Assembly (NCBI GenBank): GCA_002633005.1
Contig: NMRA01000453.1
Span: 124,001 to 188,000 of the forward strand
Direction of reading: 5' to 3'
DNA: 64,000 nt
Source of the DNA: Phoronis australis
Lineage: Eukaryota > Animalia > Phoronida
In this document: positions 37,042 through 49,931 of the stretch, in pieces
How the letters are laid out: each line of letters begins with the position of its first letter
How positions within the stretch are numbered: position 1 is the stretch's first letter
The notes under the pieces: model-generated
What the model was told of the DNA's origin: nothing
The model's input: only the letters and a program-made list of their open reading frames with translations
Databases searched by the model: none
Position numbers and translations under genes: made by a program

Positions 37042-40000
37042 ATGAGCAGAGTTCTTGTGGATATTGGCGGAACGCGCTTCACCACCGCACGGCAAACATT
37101 ACTCACGGTACCGAACACAAAACTGTCACGATTGGTTGCGGAAGATGGGAATACTGACAACAGGGAATTGTTCTTTGACAGAAATTCGGATGTCTTCACG
37201 TCGATTTTGGATTTCTATCGCACCGGATTTCTCCATATGCCTTTGCACGTGTGTCCGGCAGCTTTTAAAGAAGAGTTGCGCTTTTGGGAAATTGATGAGA
37301 AATACATCGAATCCTGTTGCATTGTCCGTATCGACGAGTTTAAAAAAAGTGAGCAAATCATTGACAAGTTCTCCTCATTTTCCTTTTCCTATCCAGAGCC
37401 AGTCAACTGCAGCCAGGCGCGGCTCAACCTGTGGAGATTTTTTGAGGACCCCACATTTTCTGCTGGGGCCAAGGTAATTTACGTACACTCTCGGTAACTC
37501 TGCAATTAACAGATTATTACTGAAACCTATAATATCTCAATTAAATACACGAGTTGATCAGAAATTTCAAAAATTAATCCGTAACAGAACACTAAAAATC
37601 GATTAGGATAGGTTTATACCGTATATTATATGAGCATAAGTCTCTTTAATGCGCAGTCTTAAGGGAAATTTTAAATAGACTGATATTATGCTACCAGTTC
37701 CAGTGACGTAATCGGTGACATGAATGGAGGCACGAATAAAATGAAAAGTCGAACCAGATCATGTGACCTTCAGGTATCCCCCTCACTTGCAAGCTCACTT
37801 TGCCCGGTGTGTAATTTCAGACTTAGGCATGATATCCGACACAGCACTCACGGCAGGTACACTGTAATTGTCACGAAAAAGCATGTGTTATCATGGTCAG
37901 GTTATCGGATTTTCTGAGCGGATTTGCCAATTTAGGAATGCAAGTTTTGTAGAATTATAGCGCCGAATCTTTCGAAAATGTTTGATATTTAGCCACTGGA
38001 GATTCAACCGATTGATTAGTCAAAGGCTGAAAACATCAAACGCTTTTTAAGAACAATCTTACGTTTACGCTTAAAACTAATTGAAAGTTAGGATTATTGT
38101 ACAACTATTTCTGCACTCACTCGGCTACACGAGCAAGATAGGCATCCTGTCTTGAGGAAATGTCGAACTCGTCTCGCTCGGCAGTCCTGACCAGCGTTCG
38201 GTATCATCCAACGTGCTCCAGCTCATCACCTCTGTTTACATACACATAGGAGATTAGCCTTTGGCTTTTATCACGCGGGCACTTGTTATGCAGTGCCACC
38301 TCCATCGGGTCTTTTCGAAAAAACTGACAAGGTTTCACATCATTACAACACTTTTGCCATTTTAGAGCTCTCGTAAAGGCTAATAAATGCAACAAGTCTA
38401 TCCTAAACAAACATGAACTCTCAAAATGTGTTTTTGGGCCGTAGAATTGTGTCCTTTTTAAAAGGTGCGGCGTGACTGTGCTTTCGTGTAAAAAACATGA
38501 CAGCACGCGACACCACCGTGATATGTGGGTACACCATAACATGCGCTTGCACTGAAGCAGCAAACTGGGCTTGATTTTGCCATTTTCACAGTTTGGAACT
38601 TCCCTACCCTCTGTTCCCTCCTGCTGATGATCTGAAGTTAGCGTTGACAGAAACTGGCAAGCCTATTGAGATATGGTATGCGACGAACCAAACTCATCTT
38701 GGTAATCAAATTCGTGTTATCGTACATGCCGGCAGCAGGCGTACAGTACGTTATCATCAAACACACTTTCAAATGTTGCTTCGGTAATATAACTATGATT
38801 ACTTGGCCATCCTATTTCACTATCACAATGACGAGTGTCTATTATTTTGATTTAATTTTGCTTGCCCACTTCTTGTTACTCTGCGCGTGTAAGCGCAGAG
38901 TACTGTTGTTCCTGGGTTTTCTTCAATTTTATTCTTATTCTTATTCTTATTCTTCTTATTCTTCTTCCGACCAACTTTGAGGCTTAATAACTCCATATTG
39001 GTGCAGGTACAGTCTTTAAATTCAGCATATGAGTTTCGACAGTACATAAATTTTGATTTGTTATATAATCATATTCCATAATGCACCNGACGAACCAAAC
39101 TCATCTTGGTAATCAAATTCGTGTTATCGTACATGCCGGCAGCAGGCGTACAGTACGTTATCATCAAACACACTTTCAAATGTTGCTTCGGTAATGTAAC
39201 TATGATTACTTTGGGCCATCCTATTTCACTATCACAATGACGAGTGTCTATTATTTTGATTTAATTTTGCTTGCCCACTTCTTGTTACTCTGCGCGTGTA
39301 AGCGCAGAGTACTGTTGTTCCTGGGTTTTCTTCAATTTTATTACTCTGCGCGTGTAAGCACATAGTACTGTCGTTCCTGGGTTTTCTTCAATTTTATTCT
39401 TATTCTTCTTATTCTTCTTGTTACTCTGCGCTTGCACGCGCAGAGTACTGTTGTTCCTGGGTTTTCTTCAATTTTATTCTTATTCTTATTCTTATTCTTC
39501 TTATTCTTCTTCCGACCAACTTTGAGGCTTAATAACTCCATATTGGTGCAGGTACAGTCTTTAAATTCAGCATATGAGTTTCGACAGTACATAAATTTTG
39601 ATTTGTTATATAATCATATTCCATAATGCACCGGAAGGGGTCATTTGGTGCAAAGGTCATCTAATTTTCAAAATGCTACTCCTTCTTTATTTTAAAAGCT
39701 ATTCTTTTCAAATTCGGTACACAGGTACAAGTCAATAAGGCAATTTAAAAAATACTTTTCTAATTGGGTTATCCAATCAGGTTAAACAGGTCAAAGGTCA
39801 TTAGGTGCAAACTAAAATTTTGAGCTAGACACTTCAAATTCGCAGGTCTGATTTGGCACAGGTAATTCAATTTGGAATCCAAAGTCTCAGGTCCTTTAGT
39901 GCAAACATGGGATCAGTAGGTGCATTTTTCTTCTGAAAATTTGACCTTTTCATTCTCCAAGTATAGAGATGTGTCAACCGTTGACAACTGTGATTCTGAG

Positions 40001-41893
40001 CATTAAACACATTTTTCGTGGGCTTTGCAATAATTCTCCTAAATATGCTTATAATGCACCGGAAAGGGTCAATTAGTGCAAAGGTCATCTAACGTTCAAA
40101 ATGTGATATCTCGCGTTTTTCAAGGAATTTTTATTCAATTTCAGCACACTGGTATAAGTCAACATGCCAACTGAACACCCTACTTTATTACGCAATAGGC
40201 GTAACCAATCAGAAAAAATAGGTCAAAGGTCATTGATTGCAAACTAAAATTTTGAGCTAGAGACTTCAATATTACATATCTGTTTACTAAATGCGATTGA
40301 GTTTGAATTCTAAATTTTCAGGTCATTTAGTGCACCCATGGGGTCATTAGGTGCATTTTTCTTCTAAAAGTTTGACTAATTCATTCATCTTTAATTCTGA
40401 AGTGCTTAAAGTAAAACATCTGTGATTCTTAGCATTAACCACACTTTAAGTCGAGTTAACAATTATTCCCTGATCAGGGTTCATAATGCACCGGAAGAGG
40501 TCAATTAGTGGAAAGGTCATTAAAATATTAACATGTAATTTCTCCTACAATTTTAAAGAATTCCTTTTCATATTGGTAAACGGGTTGCTGTCAGTAACTT
40601 CCCAAAGCAATTCCAGTAATGCGCACGCGCAGAGTCCATTATTGTCACGCCGTGACAATAATCTTTCTAGTTTTTATTGTTATTCTGTAGTTGGAATAGA
40701 GTTCATACATGTAGCTGTTATTTTGGTTAGTAAACCGCTTCATTCTTATTTCACCTTATTCTGAAATTGACACGAAGCTGCGGCCAATGTAGCTTTAAAT
40801 ATTATCTGTCGTGCGTGCATATCTCTCCTCTCAGTCTCGTACTACAGCTCATTTCTATCAGTTCCACAACATCTTCCAATAAATGGTGCATCTCTCCGTT
40901 ACCATGGATATTTGCATGTACCAGACGTTTACCTATCATCAGATAGTTAATGTGGATGATTTTGACACCAACTACTGATCGTGACGTTACTGTGGTAACG
41001 CTAACAACAACGATGCGTGATAATCAATAATTCCATTGTCTTTTTATTTTCAGGTTCCAATGCTGATTAACTTGTTGGCGACGATCGTTTGTATCGTAAC
41101 TACGGTATTAGAGAGCTCCGACGTCGTACGTCTGCCGGCTCCCGACGACAGCTACTTTTCGTCTGCGATTCACCTTCACAATGCAACATCCTTTGCAGGT
41201 CCAAAGCTACAACACAAATTGACCACTGTGGTTCACCCGGGTATTTTTAAAGCCTACGCAACAGGACGTTTTTGCATTGCAGTTGACTGTTTAACGAGAT
41301 TTCTTCTGTGCCCATTCAAAATAAGATTTTTGAAATGTGTTTTTAATATTTTCGACATTACATTAATTTTAATTTTCGTTACTGTTATGGTAATGAACCA
41401 GCAATTAGAAGTAAATGCTATTAAATCAGAGACTTTTCAAATTTTGATCATGTTAACGGATGCAATAAATCGAACACTAATAAGTTTCCGACTCTTAAAA
41501 TTTGGACGCCACCTTTCCGGTCTTCAAGTTCTGTTTCTGACCATTAAATCTAGCCTGTCTGTCATAGTTGTTCTTTTGTCGCTTATGGGAATGGCCACTG
41601 TGTTATTTGGTTCTCTTATATACATAACGGAAGTGAAAACTGAGGCATATTTCCCAAGTGCAGCTCACGGAATGTGGTGGGCTTTCATTACCATGACTAC
41701 CGTTGGCTATGGAGATATGTACCCAGTGACCCCTGGTGGTTATATTGTAGGCACGCTTTGTGTAGTGAGCGGTTTATTGTTCACAGCGTTACCTATTGCT
41801 GTTTTAGGAAACAATTTTGATACTTACTGGCGACATTCTGGCTTATACAGACAGCGGAGAAATCGAAAGAGGAGCATGGGCGGCGCACCATAG
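37042..41893 (+). CDS. Voltage-gated potassium channel alpha subunit, Shaw/Kv3-like but divergent; exons 37042-37473 and 41054-41893 (423 aa)
   Basis: T1/BTB domain (IGGTRF, FFDRN, FYRTG, H-x5-C...CC zinc site); phase-0 intron AAG|GTAATT...TTTCAG; six hydrophobic segments; pore WWAFITMTTVGYGDMYP. Confidence 0.92.
38873..40675 (+). mobile_element. HINE / Helentron-type element, family C, in the Kv intron (5' part duplicated around the N at 39088)
   Basis: 5' TACTCTGCGC with adjacent IR GCGCAGAGTA; (TTCTTA)n microsatellite; ~430-bp internal repeats (ataatgcaccggaa at ~39624, 40051, 40483); 3' GCGCAGAGT, 11-bp-stem hairpin ATTATTGTCAC-GCC-GTGACAATAAT (40638-40662), then CTAG and a T-run. Confidence 0.78.
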
Positions 41894-42022
41894 GGGGCTG
41901 GAGAGAGGGCTGTAGCCCCCTACTTTTTTTCAGTGCTACGTTGCACATGGTCTATAGGCGGTACACCGAAGGGGGGCTGGGGGGGGGCTACCCCCACTTT
42001 TTTCAGTTCTGCGCCGCCCATG
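41875..42022. mobile_element. MITE overlapping the last codons and the stop of the Kv ORF
   Basis: 13-bp perfect TIR CATGGGCGGCGCA / TGCGCCGCCCATG; flanks aggag / tggag; inverted relative of 2868-2998. Confidence 0.85.
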
Positions 42023-43552
42023 TGGAGTACTGTAAAGCCAGCACAAAGTGACTTTTGTCAGTAACCGAACAGCAAATAAAAAGACAATCTGTCATTGCCG
42101 AAGTCTATGTTCACCAACAACCATTTAGCTTTTTAAGCTATTCCATTTTATTTTATTACACCATGAGCTTGTCGTGAATTGGCAATAACGACATATTTAT
42201 CCGACGTTTCGGTTTATTACTTCACACCATTCTCAAGGAAACAGTTCACATACTCAAGCAGGCGATACAGGTGCAGAACAGACTGTACAGGTACACGTCA
42301 AAATGCAATGTAACGGGGAGAGACCAGTAATAAAAACAGTTGGAGCTCAAATGAACCAATGTTTCTATTGAGATAGCGCTCAGCATGGTTCAACCGTTCT
42401 GGTCTCTCCCCCTCTTTATTACATTCCGTTCGTATCCTCGGAACAAAGTATTTAAAAGTGCACTTGTATGTATGTGGGTGTATTTGTGTATGTAAACACT
42501 TAATTTTTTGCATATGCATGTTTATATCGAGGTATATGGCATTACTGTTTAATGATTCCGCAATGTTTACCTGTTGCCCAGATGTAATATTAATTCAATT
42601 TCTGGGCAGTTAAATCATCTTTAATTGCTGTATGTAAAATTTGATAACAAAAGTTCAATTTCCAATGTCCTCTCATACGTATTTTGTTGTTATGTATGTT
42701 TATCAAATAAAATGTAAACGGAATAGCAGTTTTTGAGTCTACGCGTTGAATCAGATGTGATTTCGTCATTCATTCAACCATTGGTTAATTCATTCAGTCA
42801 TTCGTTTACTTTTTCTTTATTACATTGCTAAACCTTTATTCAGTAAATGTGAAGTAGGAGTGTCAGAGCAAACTCCAGACCTAAGAAACCTAGAGTACTC
42901 TTTCCAAATCAGTCTTGCTGTATTCCTTAGTGTGATAGAAATCCATTTCCGTTACCAACTCAAATCACAGACAATCCGTACATGAGCCATTTTCGACTAC
43001 AGTTTTAGTGATAGCCAACCCCATTAAACTCTGAGGCGTTTTCTTCAATCGCCAATGGCTTCAATGCTGTAGTTGGTAAAGGAAACAGTCCTATCCCGCT
43101 AATCAATGCTACTTGACGAGAGCGGTTTCTTGAGAGTTAACGCCTAATGCGACTTTCAATTTTTTATCCAGCTAAACTGGGTGAAGTACGGCTTTAAGAT
43201 ATATCCCATTACTTGGAAACACCCTACCTTTGTACTGTCAACGGTGTGAAGCAGTAACATGATAAATTTCCATCTAAAAACATTACATCCTTTGCAGTTA
43301 ACTCGATGCCTTTACTTCTCAACTATTTCCGGGTACGATTCATGCAAGCAATCAACTTTTAATTACCACCTAAATGCAACTGCATTGGGTTTTACATTAG
43401 TTTCCCTTATATCTGATGACGTCAACAATGGAAAACGTAAGGCTATTATGGAAAAAGTGGAAAGATGACGACGAGATTATAATTTCAAAATGTAAGTTAA
43501 CCCTTATGAATCGATAAATTCGCGTTAGGCAAAGAAAGGTTGAGATAAGGCT

Positions 43553-44533
43553 ATGGACGAACCGCAACAACAACAGTCGGGCTCGCAAAGGTCCGAATTT
43601 AAGGTGGGATGCAACAAATATCGCCTGATCAGAAAAATAGGCAGTGGATCATTCGGAGACATATACTTGGCAATGAACGTAACAAATGGAGAGGAAGTTG
43701 CAGTAAAACTGGAGCAAGTCAAAGCGCGACATCCTCAGTTAACTTACGAAAGTAAACTTTACAAAATTCTTCAAGGGGGCGTTGGTATTCCTCATGTGCG
43801 GTGGTTTGGAACAGAGAGGGATTACAATATTTTAATTATCGATTTACTCGGGCCAAGTCTTGAAGATTTGTTTTGTTTCTGCTCACGCAAATTCACGCTC
43901 AAAACTGTACTGATGCTTGCCGACCAAATGATAACCCGTGTGGAATATGTTCACAACAAGAACTTCATTCACAGAGATATCAAGCCCGATAATTTCTTAA
44001 TGGGAATAGGTAGGCACTGTAATAAATTGTACATCATAGATTTTGGCCTAGCGAAAAAATACAGAGACACTCGAACGAGAACCCACATTCCGTATCGTGA
44101 GGATAAGAATTTGACAGGGACAGCTCGCTACGCAAGTATCAACGCACACCTTGGTATCGAACAGAGTCGCCGTGACGACATGGAATCTATCGGATACGTA
44201 CTAATGTACTTTAACCGTGGCAATCTTCCTTGGCAAGGGCTGAAGGCTGTAACCAAAAAACAAAAGTACGAGAAAATCAGTGAGAAAAAGATGTCTACAC
44301 CGGTAGAAAGCCTCTGTAAAAGCTTTCCAGCGGAATTCGCGATGTATCTTAACTACTGTCGTAATCTCCGATTTGACGAAGCCCCAGACTACATGTACCT
44401 TCGACAGTTGTTTCGCATTTTGTTTCGCACGCTCAACTTTCAATATGATTACACGTTTGACTGGACCATGCTGAAGCAACAAAAAGCAGACGGGGAGTCC
44501 AATAAGCCCCAGTCTAGTGCACATGCTCATTAA
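43553..44533 (+). CDS. CSNK1A1: Casein kinase 1 alpha, single coding exon (326 aa)
   Basis: [47 protein letters not shown] (alpha-type), [40 protein letters not shown]; short C-tail; AATAAA at 44615-44620. Confidence 0.96.
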   Translation: MDEPQQQQSGSQRSEFKVGCNKYRLIRKIGSGSFGDIYLAMNVTNGEEVAVKLEQVKARHPQLTYESKLYKILQGGVGIPHVRWFGTERDYNILIIDLLGPSLEDLFCFCSRKFTLKTVLMLADQMITRVEYVHNKNFIHRDIKPDNFLMGIGRHCNKLYIIDFGLAKKYRDTRTRTHIPYREDKNLTGTARYASINAHLGIEQSRRDDMESIGYVLMYFNRGNLPWQGLKAVTKKQKYEKISEKKMSTPVESLCKSFPAEFAMYLNYCRNLRFDEAPDYMYLRQLFRILFRTLNFQYDYTFDWTMLKQQKADGESNKPQSSAHAH

Positions 44534-45329
44534 AAATCCATCACTATAAAAAGAAAAACATCTCTTCGAATTCCATTGAAATCCTACATTTGATGCTTTT
44601 GAAAATACAGTGGCAATAAACACGTGTATGTTAAAATTCAGGAAATGTTTGAGTCTGAGCTTCGTTTTATCGTGGAAGAAAGTCTATTTGGATGGCGTTT
44701 TTTGACAACTGCTCGCCTCGCAATACGTTCCACTGACTAGCAGTGCAGAGCAGAACTTCCATTAGTGGATGGTTTTCTGTGTTCGGCTTCAGCATAAACT
44801 GTTTGCATTTCAACCAAAAGGGGTCGTTGAAAACAACACGCGATATTGACAGGTGAATTTCTAGGTCTGCGAGCTAGCTGCCAAAACATGTATTTTCACA
44901 AATATTTGGCAATTCTCCAAGAAGGTTACCTTCTCACGACACAGCTTGAGTTTACCACGTCACAACTAAATTTGGCAAATAAGAGAATGAATTAAAGTCG
45001 TGTGCTGTAATGATTTACTTAGGGTTCAGGAATGCGAACAGTAGGTCTACTGAAAATTGACAACAAGGCACGATTTCTGTAAATTGTGTAATCTAGAAGA
45101 GGAATTCGGAAGTTCAACGACAAAAGTTTACCGAAACTGTCGTGAAATCATGATGTCATTGACCTCAGCTTAAGTGGAGTCCTGGGGTTTCCGACCATCC
45201 GATATTTCAATCAACTTAGTTGTCAAAGTTGGCCGCCAGTGCAAGTATGAGGCTACTGCGGGTGGGTGGAGTATTTAGTCTATCTAGTGTTAAATGATAC
45301 ACTGCAAAGTGATTTTGCAAGTACAACAT

Positions 45330-45560
45330 GCATTGAACCATTTGATGGGTATGCAGTACAAGCCACCTGACCGTCGGTATGGGGCGGAAATAGCCTTGTG
45401 GTGCTAGATCCGGAGTTCATAACGCCCACCAGTTTATATATTTCCAATGCCTTTGAACAATGGATAGTTCCGATAAACGTAGTTAGGCCACTCCCCCCAT
45501 AGTTACCGTTCTGTAAAGTCCAACAAGCCCAAAGAATGTATGGTGGAAGTCACTTATGCG
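45330..45560 (-). mobile_element. Possible highly decayed LINE endonuclease (APE) remnant
   Basis: Minus-strand QNGNYGGVA and PYRRS resemble the GGGVA and YRPP motifs; broken by stops. Confidence 0.3.
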
Positions 45561-46025
45561 AGGTTTGCGTTCCGTAGACCTCAGAAGTTAGCTTAGTGCA
45601 CTTAGGCCAAAAAAACTTCGCTTATGGAACAGTAACTGAATTCAGTCCGAGAACCATAATTCAACATTCCAGATTCATTGGCTGCGATTTTGCTACAAGG
45701 TACAAGCTCCTGCATGACTCGCGGTTTCCCAGTTTCGCTTTTCTCTTATGAAACTTGGTTTAAGGAGTCACCGAATCTGTGAGTTCTTCACGATGTTTCA
45801 CAGAAATTCTTACTGAGTATGAAGAAAGGACTACTGAGTATTTATGGCGGCACTGGGCCATTACTGGACCCGTTATTGTCTTAAGGATCCACTTTTAACA
45901 TTGTCAGTACTGGCCAAGCACACCATTGGGCCGGTAAATGGTTGCGACAAATACGGCCAATAATTGTCCGGTCTACTGAGTCCTTGAGCAATTTTACACC
46001 GGTGTCAACCATGTGTTTTCTCAGA

Positions 46026-46188
46026 TACCCCATAAACTCGCGAGTTAACACCCTGGGCGTTTAAACTGGGAAACCCTGGGACAGGATGGTAGGCGATTAC
46101 CCAAGCAGTGGGCGCTTAAACCGAAAATTGGCAAAAGTGGGGGTGAGTGATTACCCGAGCATGGGGGTTAACCCGCGAGTTTACGGTA
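46026..46188. mobile_element. Tc1/mariner-pogo-type MITE (TA TSD)
   Basis: TA-CCCCATAAACTCGCGAGTTAAC ... GTTAACCCGCGAGTTTACGG-TA; related to 63298-63460. Confidence 0.7.
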
Positions 46189-48943
46189 CTATAAACCTTG
46201 GACATTTCTCAAAATCGTACTTGTATACGCATATTTGCATTGTTTGAGTTTGAACCTGACGTATTCTAAGAAAGCTCCCGAACGTGACTTTCGTAGACCC
46301 ACCGACAGTAGTGTGCAGAACGGGGCGGCGGCCGACGGGAGCGACGACGCAGGGCATCCACATTGGGGGGGGGAGGGGGGGCACCCAATCATTATGAATA
46401 AACGTTAAGAAATTGTGACTGGTTCAGCTGTAGCTATATTAAATAAAGTTTCTATTTTATGTTTCACCTTTTTTACTCAGTACTAGGGTTCACAGTGAAT
46501 TTGAATAGAGCAGAGGGGCATTCAGTAAAAAATCGCCCCGGACATCACTAAACCTCTGCACGCTACTGCCCAACGATGGCTTTAGCACTGTAGTGAAGAA
46601 GGCAATATGATTGTGTTGGGGACTGGATCCACGGCCTAGTCAATCTGTTTTTGACTGTTTCTTTCAAAAAGAAGGATTTTCGAGACTAAATGCCAAACTT
46701 CTATTCACATTCAATCAAAAGCACCCCAGAAAACTGCTTAAAGTTAGGAGGAGAAAAATTCAACGACCCACCCCTACATCTGCCTATCTGATCACAAAAT
46801 TAATTTCATTGTGGAAACCTATGGATTTCTGTTAGCGTAAAGCTGTAGTCCTGAGACTCAATGTTGGCTCGCATGCTTCCAAGTGCAGACCAAAGATACT
46901 GTACTCAGACACCAGTAGCTTCCTCTTTTGCAGACCGTGGGAGTTTAACCTTTTAACACTTCCCTACTATTTATTATTAAATCCACTTGAACAGCTATTA
47001 ATAGAGAGAATACAAGAATGTTCTAACATATACATGTGATAATAGAATCTGCAGGCAATGTAATTCGTTGCCACGAGCTGTTTATACCCTGGTGTCTTCA
47101 CTTGTCAAACCAAATTTGCAGGGGCGTCACTGGATAAGTGGGACAAATGAAGGTAAAAGGGGCGGAGAAGGGCGGCAATGAGATCTTGAAGTTTGTGTGT
47201 GGAAAAATTTACAGTCATACCACAACGTGTGAAAAAACCTAAAGGTGCATTTCCATTTGTTTAGGAGGCTGTACTCTTACAAAATTGGTCTCGCAACATT
47301 CCTTACCAACAAAAACATCGAAACCATCATGACTCCAGAAGAAAACGGGTTGGCCAAATAAAACTGTGAATTCGAAAAAAGTGGGGCATGTACGCATTGC
47401 TTGTGATTTATTTAGCTGGTCATTGGGTAAAAGTTTACGAATGAATGAGAGATTCAACTCAAAATTATACAATTTAAAGTGTGATACCAGTATATTGGAC
47501 AGCTATTGTTAAGATTTCTTCGAAAAAAAATGTGAGTCTTCATACCACATAAAAGTATTTTCATTTTCGTGTCTATTTTTGACGAACTGTATGTCAAACG
47601 CTTATCACTTCGCCGGCTTCGTCTCGTGATGCAACGCGCATTCTCTTGTTTTAGTTAGAAATGTGACATCTTGATCTACTGACCTGAAAGTGGATGAAAA
47701 GATGTAGTGATCATTGNNNNNNNNNNNNNNNNNNNNNNNNNNNNNNNNNNNNNNNNNNNNNNNNNNNNNNNNNNNNNNNNNNNNNNNNNNNAATTTACAG
47801 TCATACCACAACGTGTGAAAAAACCTAAAGGTGCATTTCCATTTGTTTAGGAGGCTGTACTCTTACAAAATTGGTCTCGCAACATTCCTTACCAACAAAA
47901 ACATCGGAACCATGTTTGTGATTGCCACGATCTTTTAAAAAACGGTGAATATGACATTTATTCGGGAAATTCGCGTCCAGGTCAAGAAGAGATTTCATGA
48001 CAGCGTATCTAAATTTCAGTTAAGATCCCCTGAACCCCAATCCCGAATCAGCATAAACTAAGCATTGCACTAAGATTACACACTCGCATCCCTGAGCTCC
48101 TTACACGCGCTCGTATCCGGTGATCTAATTCTAGTCCCGGGCACCCAAAATTGGAGTTTGGTCACCGTTCTTTAATTTTATTTTTTAAGGAAAAATTACC
48201 AGTCATATACACTGGTACAAAGGCATGCATGTGTATACTGATTCAAGTATTTTACATCTAAGTTTAAACCTCACGCGTTTTTTCTAGCGTAGTTTCTAAA
48301 TGCAAATTATAATGAAATTGTATTATTGAACACATTGGTCCATTTGTCCGTAAACTGGCTAATATAACCGTTTTCAAGGTAAATATAGTTTTTTTTTCTA
48401 AATTGTAATTTTGATATTTTCTTTTATATTTCGATCAATGGCCGCACATTCTCAAGAATTCTTTTTATTTAGAGTTATTCTGGGTAGATTAACAAAAGAG
48501 AAACATTAAGGGTGTGGTTCGGTTGATTTATTTTTTGTCTTGATGCTCAGATTATACGTTTCTTGTTTTTAAAATTTCGTTTAATTTACCCACAATCTTG
48601 AACCATACGATGAGCGTTAGTGGAAAATTGCTCAGCAAATGTGTTCCATATAAAGTTATTATTTTTCTGAACAATACCGTAAATGATCACCCTTTTATTT
48701 GGCCCAGTCACCAGTCACCTTTTCAGTTGGTTGCGACCAGTTAACCTAGACAGACATGTTTGCACTGAACTTCAGCCAAACTGCATATGGAAGAGGAAAT
48801 GTAAAGAGCCTGCCTTTGCGACGCTATTTAAGTTTGGTGCAGTAATTTCATTTAAATAATTCATCGATTTTTAAAAGCCGAAGAGTAGACTACGTTAAAT
48901 TTTCTGAAAAACGACAAGGAGATTTAAGTAAAGACTATTAGGC

Positions 48944-49252
48944 TTCTTACACGCCGTATGTTGGTCACGTAAGCTGGCCTATAGCTAAGTTATGGCATGT
49001 CTCTGTCCCGACACTGGCGTAAATCCGGGACTTTCTACTAATCTTGAAGACTCTCTAGTTCACACACGATATGGTTCCTATTTATTGAGTAACTGGATTT
49101 CTGTAATTGACAGGTGGCCTAGTTAGCTCAGTCGGCTAGAACGTCCAGTCTGCACAAATAAGCAGAAAGTCCCGCGTTTGTAACAGAGAGGGATTGTTTC
49201 CTACTTTAAAACCATATGCTAGGTGACGTGACCAACATGTGACGTGTGAGAA
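48944..49252. mobile_element. Foldback element with ~40-bp TIRs and a tRNA-like internal segment
   Basis: ttcttacacgccgtatgttggtcacgt pairs with acgtgaccaacatgtgacgtgtgagaa; inner gggactttctac pairs with gcagaaagtccc; A-box-like TAGCTCAGTCGG at 49124-49135. Confidence 0.55.
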
Positions 49253-49931
49253 AACTAACAAATGACCCTATCAACGTGGTGATTTATAAAAGCTCAGTCA
49301 TATTAGAAGAATTTATTTCATCGAAAAATGTAAATTCGTAGTGTTGAGGAAACCATCAATCGTTAGGCGGAGTTTTTTACAATCATTTGTGACCAGACTG
49401 ACAGGATCATGATTAACCAAGCCTCGTCAATTTTAGCGTATGGTGTGGACACACCATGTATTGGAGCCTAGTTTCTGGAACCGTTGGGTTAAAATGAGTG
49501 CGAAACGCCCGAACTAAAGAAGATTGCTGCTGTAAAGGCAAAAATACGACAAGAGTCAATTTATAAATTTTATTTCACAAATATACTCCATGTTCAATAA
49601 AAACAGGACCAATTTTTTATAAACTTATATACAGTTTTTAGCAAAAAAAAAACAACACGACAACATTATATTACGTAAACATAGTTAACACTAGGGCTGG
49701 GTTGCATAAATTTCAAAACTTATCCGCTGCATAAGTTCGTTTTTGCATGGCGTTAAATACATTGTTCAACACTAGCAAAGTGATGCCTGAAAGTGCAACG
49801 TCATTGTTGCTCTCCATAATGTAACTGTTATGCAACCGGGCCCAGAACGTTTTATCACAGCCAAATATTCGCGGTCTTTAGGAACATTACAGTCACACCC
49901 ATTGTGGCTAGAAAAACGTAAGGAATTACAT

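Noticed and set aside
43408-43440. Hammerhead ribozyme core (CTGATGA...GAAA)
   Set aside because: No stem II or flanking helices could be formed.
44201-44623. 140-aa antisense ORF over CK1alpha (likewise 24752-25150 and 37055-37477)
   Set aside because: Shadow frames of real coding exons with no recognisable motifs.
49115-49195. tRNA gene
   Set aside because: A box is present but there is no GTTCRA T-loop and no acceptor-stem closure; at most a SINE-like relic.
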